Source: an uncultured delta proteobacterium (GTDB taxonomy: Bacteria > Desulfobacterota > Binatia > Binatales > Binataceae). From it: a stretch of 64,000 nucleotides of DNA. How positions within the stretch are numbered: the stretch's first letter is position 1; every line of letters begins with the position of its first letter. The stretch covers positions 64,001 through 128,000 of the forward strand of contig CAVRVY010000002.1 of NCBI GenBank assembly GCA_963724765.1, read 5' to 3'. A program made the position numbers and the translations under genes. This document shows positions 58,634 through 64,000 of this stretch, piece after piece. Below the pieces are notes generated by a model. That model did not search any database. It was not told the origin of the DNA and saw nothing but the letters and a program-made list of their open reading frames with translations.

Positions 58634-61048
58634 ATGGTGTATTCACGCCGGAGTTTGCTCGGCCTCATACCGCTGCTGGCTTGGTTGGCGTTGGCCGTCT
58701 CGTTCTCAACCGCGAGCGCCTCGCTGGGCGGCCTGAACTCGCGTCTCAACGCGCTTGAATCGCGCGTCAACGAGGCGCTTTCCGATCCGGCCACCGCAAG
58801 CTCGGTCATCTCGGAGCTCGACGCGGCTGAGGGCGAGTTCGAGGAGGCCACCAGCGGCCGCAACAGCCGCAGCGAGCTTATCGAGACCTATTTGCAGCTC
58901 GAGTCGATGCTCAACCGGATCTACCAGGCCTACCAGCACAAGAAGGACGCCTGTATCGCGCAGATCGACGCGGGCGGCAATTGCGATTACGACCAGCCCG
59001 AACAACTCGCGCTGCGCGCGCTCTATCCGTTGTCGTGGCTGCATTACCGCGGCGCGCTGCTTTATAGCAACGATCCCGCGCTGGCGCGCCGGCTGCTCAA
59101 CCAGGCGATCGACGGCTTCACTTCGAGCACGCTGGTGATTTTCTCGCCCGAGCTTATTCGCGAGAACCTGCTGGGACGGGCGCTGTGCGAGCGCGAACTG
59201 GGCAAGTACGACCACCAGGAATACAACCACGCGATCACCGACTTCAAACGCATCATGCACGACGGTCCCGAGACCCGGCAGTATCGGCCGGCCCAGCAGG
59301 GCCTGGCGGCGACCTACGCCGCGATGGGCCAGGCGGGACAGGCGGCGAAGCTCTCGGGTGAGGCGGCCGAAGGGGCCAGCGGTTCGACCCGCCAGGGACT
59401 CGAGATGATGCGGCTGCGCGAGCTGTTCGAGGCCGAGAAGGCGGCGCCCGATCCGGCCAAGCGCGCCAGTTTCCATCGCGAAGCCGTCGAATACATCAAA
59501 GCCCGCCAGGACGACAGGAACGAGTGGGCGATCGCGCTCTCGGCGATCGCGCAGTACGTGCCCGACCCGGTGGCCGAATTCGGCGACTCCACCGACCCGT
59601 TCGAGAAATGGCTCTTGGCGAGCGTCCTCTACTTCAAGCATCAGCCGCTCCCCGCGGCGAAATACTTCACTGAGGCGGCCGACACGGGCCATTATCCGAA
59701 GGCCTACAAGTACGCGGCCGACATCTACTATTCGCTGGGCCGGATCGACCTGGTCGAAAAGCTGGTCGATCAGGTCGCGAGCCAGCCGAGCAATCCCGAC
59801 GCGCAGTGGGCCTCCTACATGCGGTTCAAACTGCCGCGCCTGCAATGGGAGCGCGGCGGCAAGAGCAACGCGGCGCTCGAGCAAAAGTGGGGGACGGCGG
59901 CCGAGGACTACCTCAAGGCGTATCCGCATGGGCAGTACTCCTTCGAGCCGCGCTTTCGGATCGCCGAGCGGCTGCAGAAGCGGGGCGAGTACGCCGAGGC
60001 GATTAAGCAGTACCAGCAGGTCTCGGGCAATCCCTCCTATGACTTCACCGCAGTTTTCAACGCCGCCGAATGCAATTACCTGATGGTCGCCAAGGCCGAG
60101 AAGGAGCAGGAGGCGGCGGGCAAGAATGCCAAGCCCTCGCCCGCGCTGACCGCGATGCGCGCCGAGGCGATCAAGGGGTTGCGCGACGCGATTAACCGCG
60201 AGCCGCAGGCCGAGCGCGCCGCGCCGACGCAGCGCCGCTACTTCCACGACGCGCGCGGCCGCGCCATCTATATGCTCGCCAGCCTGCAGGAGCACGAGGG
60301 CACCGCGGTCAACAACCGTGAGATCGCCGCGCTGCTCACCGGCTACGAGAACGAATACCCCGGGATGAGCGATCACTTCACCGAGGTCTTCGAATGGCGG
60401 CTGAAGGCGCAGGCCGCCGTCGGACAATGGGACGCGATCGCGCGCGACGTCGCGGCGCTGGTCAAGCGTAATCAGGGCAATATCGCCCACTCGGACTTCA
60501 TCAAGGAGATCGGGGCGGATTTCTGGCGCGGCGCGCTGGCGGCCCAGGCCCGTGGCGATCAGAAAGCCTACATCGCTCAGGCCCAACTGACCGCGCTCGA
60601 CTACAGCTACTTCGAGGACATGGTCAAGGCGGGTAAGATTCCCGCCAAGAACCTTACCGGCACGCTGTCGATTCTCGGACAAGCCTACGCGGCGCTTGGC
60701 CAGACCGACAAAGCCGAGGCGACGTTCTCCGAAGTGGTCAAGGCCGACGCGGCCTCGCCCGACGCCAACGCAGGCCTCGCGCGGATCGCGCAGTCGCGCA
60801 AGGATTACAAGAACGCGCTCGACTTGTGGTCGCGCGTCGAGGCGACGGCGGCGCAATCGGACAACCTGTGGTATCAGGCCAAATACAACATGGCGCAAAT
60901 TCTCGCGGTCGAGGGCAATATTTCAGGCGCATGCAACAAGCTCGCCGTCACCCGCAGCGAGCATCCGAGCCTCGGCAGCCCGCAGATGAAGACGCAGTGG
61001 CTCGATCTGCAGAATAAGATTTGCCTCAAGCAGTCGGCGGCGCAGTAG
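58634..61048 (+). CDS. Large exported TPR-repeat protein
   Basis: Signal peptide; helical repeats (LGQAYAALGQTDKAEATF, ANAGLARIA); alternative start 58613. Confidence 0.8.
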   Translation: MVYSRRSLLGLIPLLAWLALAVSFSTASASLGGLNSRLNALESRVNEALSDPATASSVISELDAAEGEFEEATSGRNSRSELIETYLQLESMLNRIYQAYQHKKDACIAQIDAGGNCDYDQPEQLALRALYPLSWLHYRGALLYSNDPALARRLLNQAIDGFTSSTLVIFSPELIRENLLGRALCERELGKYDHQEYNHAITDFKRIMHDGPETRQYRPAQQGLAATYAAMGQAGQAAKLSGEAAEGASGSTRQGLEMMRLRELFEAEKAAPDPAKRASFHREAVEYIKARQDDRNEWAIALSAIAQYVPDPVAEFGDSTDPFEKWLLASVLYFKHQPLPAAKYFTEAADTGHYPKAYKYAADIYYSLGRIDLVEKLVDQVASQPSNPDAQWASYMRFKLPRLQWERGGKSNAALEQKWGTAAEDYLKAYPHGQYSFEPRFRIAERLQKRGEYAEAIKQYQQVSGNPSYDFTAVFNAAECNYLMVAKAEKEQEAAGKNAKPSPALTAMRAEAIKGLRDAINREPQAERAAPTQRRYFHDARGRAIYMLASLQEHEGTAVNNREIAALLTGYENEYPGMSDHFTEVFEWRLKAQAAVGQWDAIARDVAALVKRNQGNIAHSDFIKEIGADFWRGALAAQARGDQKAYIAQAQLTALDYSYFEDMVKAGKIPAKNLTGTLSILGQAYAALGQTDKAEATFSEVVKADAASPDANAGLARIAQSRKDYKNALDLWSRVEATAAQSDNLWYQAKYNMAQILAVEGNISGACNKLAVTRSEHPSLGSPQMKTQWLDLQNKICLKQSAAQ

Positions 61049-61055
61049 GCTTAAA

Positions 61056-61490
61056 ATGCTGACGCGAATTCATCACGTGGGCGTGGTCGTGCCGAGCCTG
61101 GAAGAAGGGCTCAGGTTCTGGCGCGACACGCTGGGGATGCGGCTTACCAGGAGCGCCACGATCGAAGAGCAGGGCGTGCGCGCGGCACTACTCGAGGTGG
61201 GTGGCAGTGAAGTCGAATTGCTCGAACCGCTGAGCGCCGAGGGCGGCGTGGGCAAGTTCCTCGCGCGGCGCGGCGGCGGATTGCATCATGTGTGCTTTGA
61301 GACCGACGACGTCGCGCGCGAGCTCGCGGATGCCAAGGTCAAGGGGATCCAGTTAATCGACCAGGCTCCGCGCCACGGCCTGGCCGGGATGATCTGCTTT
61401 CTCCATCCCAAGGCGACCCGCGGTGTGCTGGTCGAGTACGCTCAGCCGTTCGACGACGAGTCCCACGGGACTAACAAACCTGACAAGTGA
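61056..61490 (+). CDS. mce: Methylmalonyl-CoA epimerase (VOC family)
   Basis: IHHVGVVV, EQGV, VELLEP, GLHHVCF, FLHPKATRGVLVE. Confidence 0.85.
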   Translation: MLTRIHHVGVVVPSLEEGLRFWRDTLGMRLTRSATIEEQGVRAALLEVGGSEVELLEPLSAEGGVGKFLARRGGGLHHVCFETDDVARELADAKVKGIQLIDQAPRHGLAGMICFLHPKATRGVLVEYAQPFDDESHGTNKPDK

Positions 61491-61499
61491 TGAACAACG

Positions 61500-61736
61500 A
61501 TGCCGATTTACGAATACCACTGCGCTGATTGCGACCGTTCATTCGAGAGCTTCGTCCGCCCCGGCGAGCAGGAGACGCAATGCCCGGCCTGTCATGGCGG
61601 AAATATCGCGCGCGAGTTGTCGGTATTCGCCTCGTCGCGCGGCTCGGGCGCGGCCGGTCCGATGAACGGCGGCGGAAATGGCGACGGTGCTATGGGCGGC
61701 GGCGGATGTTGCGGCGGCGGCTGTGGCTGCCGCTGA
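61500..61736 (+). CDS. FmdB family zinc-ribbon protein
   Basis: MPIYEYHCADC...FE...CPAC; Gly/Cys-rich tail. Confidence 0.88.
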   Translation: MPIYEYHCADCDRSFESFVRPGEQETQCPACHGGNIARELSVFASSRGSGAAGPMNGGGNGDGAMGGGGCCGGGCGCR

Positions 61737-61845
61737 ATAGCGCGCTCCGCAACGGAGCAGTGAAACACTAACAGGGGATCCTCACCCACACCCTCCAGGT
61801 TACCGTCTATAACATTCCACCCCTCTACAAAGCGGCGTGCGAGCG

Positions 61846-62772
61846 TTATCGGAACGGGGTGAAGCTGTGCATCAACGCCGCGTACAGTTCCAGCGGGATG
61901 GAGCTGCGCAGGAACGCCGCGCACAGTCCGAAGAGCGCTCCGAACAGGCTGCCGTTGACCCGGATCCATTCGAGATGCGTGCGAGTCTTGGATTCTATCT
62001 GGACCCGGATTTGCTCGTCGCTTTTCCGGCTCAGGTTTTCCACCACTAGCCGCGTGATCTCGCCGCGCGACGCTCCGACAGCTGTGTTGAGCAGTTTTTC
62101 CACCCACTCCAGGACATATTTTCGCTCGACGCTGTCCGCGGTCTGAAGCTTCATCCCCACGCGATGAATCTCGTCCTCGAGGTATTGCAGGAACTCGGGA
62201 TCGTGGCTGAAGCGGGAGACCAGCTCCGGCAGGTTTTGGGCGAAGTCCCGGATTTTTCCTTCGAAATTCACCAGCAGCCGCTCCACAATCCTGAGCAGGG
62301 GCCCGAACTCGAGCAGCCTGCGAAGCTCTTCCACGATGCGGTCCACCACTTCGGGCCGCTTGAGCCATTGCGCGAGGCGCAGCGCCTGGTCTTCAACAAA
62401 TGCTAGATCCGCGTCGCGCAGCGAAACGTGTTCGAGCAAACGGCCGATGTTGGTGACCAAATCATACTCTTTGAGCTTGCGATGAATCATGTCGGGCGTC
62501 AGCCATTCGTTTTCAACCGCGTTTCCGATTCCCTGTATAATCCTCACGCGGTTGCGCGGCAGCACGCCGGAATTTGGCAAGTACCATTTGCGCTCGAAGA
62601 GCATCTTCAACGCGATGTAATCGCACAGGCCGCCTATGAGCGAAGCTTCGCCGGCCATGCGAATCACTTCGCCGGCGTGCGCGTTGAAATTTGCGTAGAC
62701 AATCCATCCGGCCGCGTACAGCAGAACCGAAACGATCAATGCAACATCGCCCTTACGCAAGACCAACCTCAC
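61846..62772 (-). CDS. DUF445 family membrane-anchored protein
   Basis: EASLIGGLCDYIALKMLF...SGVLPRNR; LEWIRVNGSLFGALFG. Confidence 0.85.
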   Translation of the reverse strand: MRLVLRKGDVALIVSVLLYAAGWIVYANFNAHAGEVIRMAGEASLIGGLCDYIALKMLFERKWYLPNSGVLPRNRVRIIQGIGNAVENEWLTPDMIHRKLKEYDLVTNIGRLLEHVSLRDADLAFVEDQALRLAQWLKRPEVVDRIVEELRRLLEFGPLLRIVERLLVNFEGKIRDFAQNLPELVSRFSHDPEFLQYLEDEIHRVGMKLQTADSVERKYVLEWVEKLLNTAVGASRGEITRLVVENLSRKSDEQIRVQIESKTRTHLEWIRVNGSLFGALFGLCAAFLRSSIPLELYAALMHSFTPFR

Positions 62773-62827
62773 TTTGTTCTTTCTCGCAACGTCGAGGAGT
62801 TGCGGCTAGCGTGACGCCTTCTCCGGC

Positions 62828-62955
62828 CCCTCCCCCAAAACAATTGGGGGAGGGAATTAGAGCAACACCGCCCTTATGCCAGACCAACCTCAATAACAAC
62901 TTTCGCAATGCTATCCTCAATAACTACTGGCGGGGAATTAGAGCAACGTCGCCCT
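62828..62955. repeat. 11-bp perfect inverted repeat plus nested direct repeats
   Basis: CCCTCCCCCAA/TTGGGGGAGGG (62828-62854); GGGAATTAGAGCAACnnCGCCCT at 62852 and 62933; CCTCAATAACwACT at 62888 and 62915. Confidence 0.7.
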
Positions 62956-62977
62956 GCCGAGCGCTGCCGGCCTCATC

Positions 62978-64000
62978 TTAACTTTTCTGCGTGGCTGAGA
63001 ACTCGTGCTTGGCCGATTCCATCAGCGCCGGGTCTGCGAGCAAATCATAGGCCGTCAGCGCCATCGCCTTCGCCACCCGGATCATCGCCTCATAGGCGCG
63101 CGGCGTGTCGGCGTGCTTCTCGAAACGTTCCTCGTGGCAGTTGCCCGCGCCCGGATCGGCGATGCGGAAGATCGGATGAATCGCGGGCATGGCGTGGCTC
63201 ACGTCGCCCATGTCGGTCGAGCCGGTGGGCAGGTCGGGTGGCGCGTCGGGCGCCTGGACGCCGAGCGCTTCGCAATGGCGCGCGTAGCGATGGGCCATCG
63301 CGAGGTTGTTGTTCATGTTCTTGTAGCCGCCCAGCACTTCGTGCGTGACCTGGGTTCCGGTGGCCGCGGCGGCCGCCTCGGCGCATTGCACGACGCGGTC
63401 GGCGATCTCGTGCGTGTAGCTGGTCGTGTGAGCGCGGCACAGAAACTCGCATTCAGCCTTCTCGGGAATGATATTCACCGCCTGACCGCCGTTGGTGATG
63501 ATGCCGTGGATTCGCGAGCCGTCACGAAAATGCAGGCGCGCGGCGTCGACGCTCTGGAAGGTCTGGATCACCGCCGCCAGTGCGCTGGCGCCTGCCCAGG
63601 GCGCGACCGCCGCATGCGAGGCGCGCCCGTGGAACGTGATGCGCAGGTGGCGCGTGGCGAGCGTGGGAAAAGTGGCGTACTCGCCGTCCACCGGATGCAC
63701 CATCATCGCAACGTCGACGCCTTTGAGCGCGCCCCTTTCCAGCATGATGATCTTGCCGCCGCCGCCTTCCTCGGCCGGCGTGCCCAGGATCACGACGCGT
63801 CCGGGCAATTGCGCGCGTAAAGCGGCGAGGCCGGCGAAGGCCGAGAGCGCGGCGGTGCAGATGAGATTGTGGCCGCAGGAGTGGCCGTTGGGCAATCCGT
63901 CGTACTCGGCGAGGATGGCGACGGTCGGCCCGGATCTATCGGACTTGCCGGTCTCGGCGCGAAACGCGGTCTCCAATCCGGCCACGCCACGTTCGACTTC
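62978..64000 (-). CDS. M20 family amidohydrolase (PM20D2/AbgB-like), 5' end outside the window
   Basis: AEYDGLP, HSCGHN, GTPAEEGGGGK, SHAA, GSTDMGDVS. Confidence 0.9.
   Translation of the reverse strand, partial: EVERGVAGLETAFRAETGKSDRSGPTVAILAEYDGLPNGHSCGHNLICTAALSAFAGLAALRAQLPGRVVILGTPAEEGGGGKIIMLERGALKGVDVAMMVHPVDGEYATFPTLATRHLRITFHGRASHAAVAPWAGASALAAVIQTFQSVDAARLHFRDGSRIHGIITNGGQAVNIIPEKAECEFLCRAHTTSYTHEIADRVVQCAEAAAAATGTQVTHEVLGGYKNMNNNLAMAHRYARHCEALGVQAPDAPPDLPTGSTDMGDVSHAMPAIHPIFRIADPGAGNCHEERFEKHADTPRAYEAMIRVAKAMALTAYDLLADPALMESAKHEFSATQKS

Noticed and set aside
58706-60898. Long antisense ORFs (also 1124..2806, 1957..3294, 35863..37179, 47406..48536 and others)
   Set aside because: Shadow frames of well-supported genes in GC-rich DNA, with Arg/Ala-rich composition and no domain motifs.
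62852-62955. Mini CRISPR array
   Set aside because: Only two imperfect 23-bp copies, a 58-nt internally repetitive spacer, and no cas genes.

Overview
GC-rich bacterial chromosomal window, mostly housekeeping and metabolic genes. Gene content and the ccsA-hemA-hemC order suggest a deltaproteobacteria-like lineage such as Binatia; this is inference and unverified. Main blocks: nitrilase, CoA-transferase, pgsA-like gene and hflX; an acyl-CoA catabolic operon (hydrolase, Cys-less thiolase-like protein, DUF35, PHP, two MaoC); ispG, rnhA, glgA, galT and lon; a heme operon (ccsA-hemA-hemC/hemD fusion ... hemB) interrupted by a phosphate-scavenging block (secreted phosphatase-family protein, unknown secreted protein, pstSCAB, PHO-box-like 11-nt repeats) and a probable selenoprotein; a Tad/Flp pilus locus with three flp genes and a convergent atypical sigma-54 activator; tRNA-Asn; a histidine kinase/KaiC-like/receiver module; TPR protein, mce and a partial M20 amidohydrolase. 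The strongest signals absent from the ORF track are: (1) an in-frame UGA forming a W-U-P-Y-C motif with a SECIS-like hairpin, joining two ORFs into a redoxin-DsbD(alpha) fusion; (2) a GTTGC-N6-GCAAC palindrome 89-90 bp upstream of two sigma-54 promoters in the pilin region and also upstream of the pseudo-receiver activator gene; (3) an 18-codon leader ORF whose stop overlaps a CTG start of hflX. No CRISPR array, rRNA, integrase or transposase was seen. All calls come from reading motifs by eye; no database searches were run.
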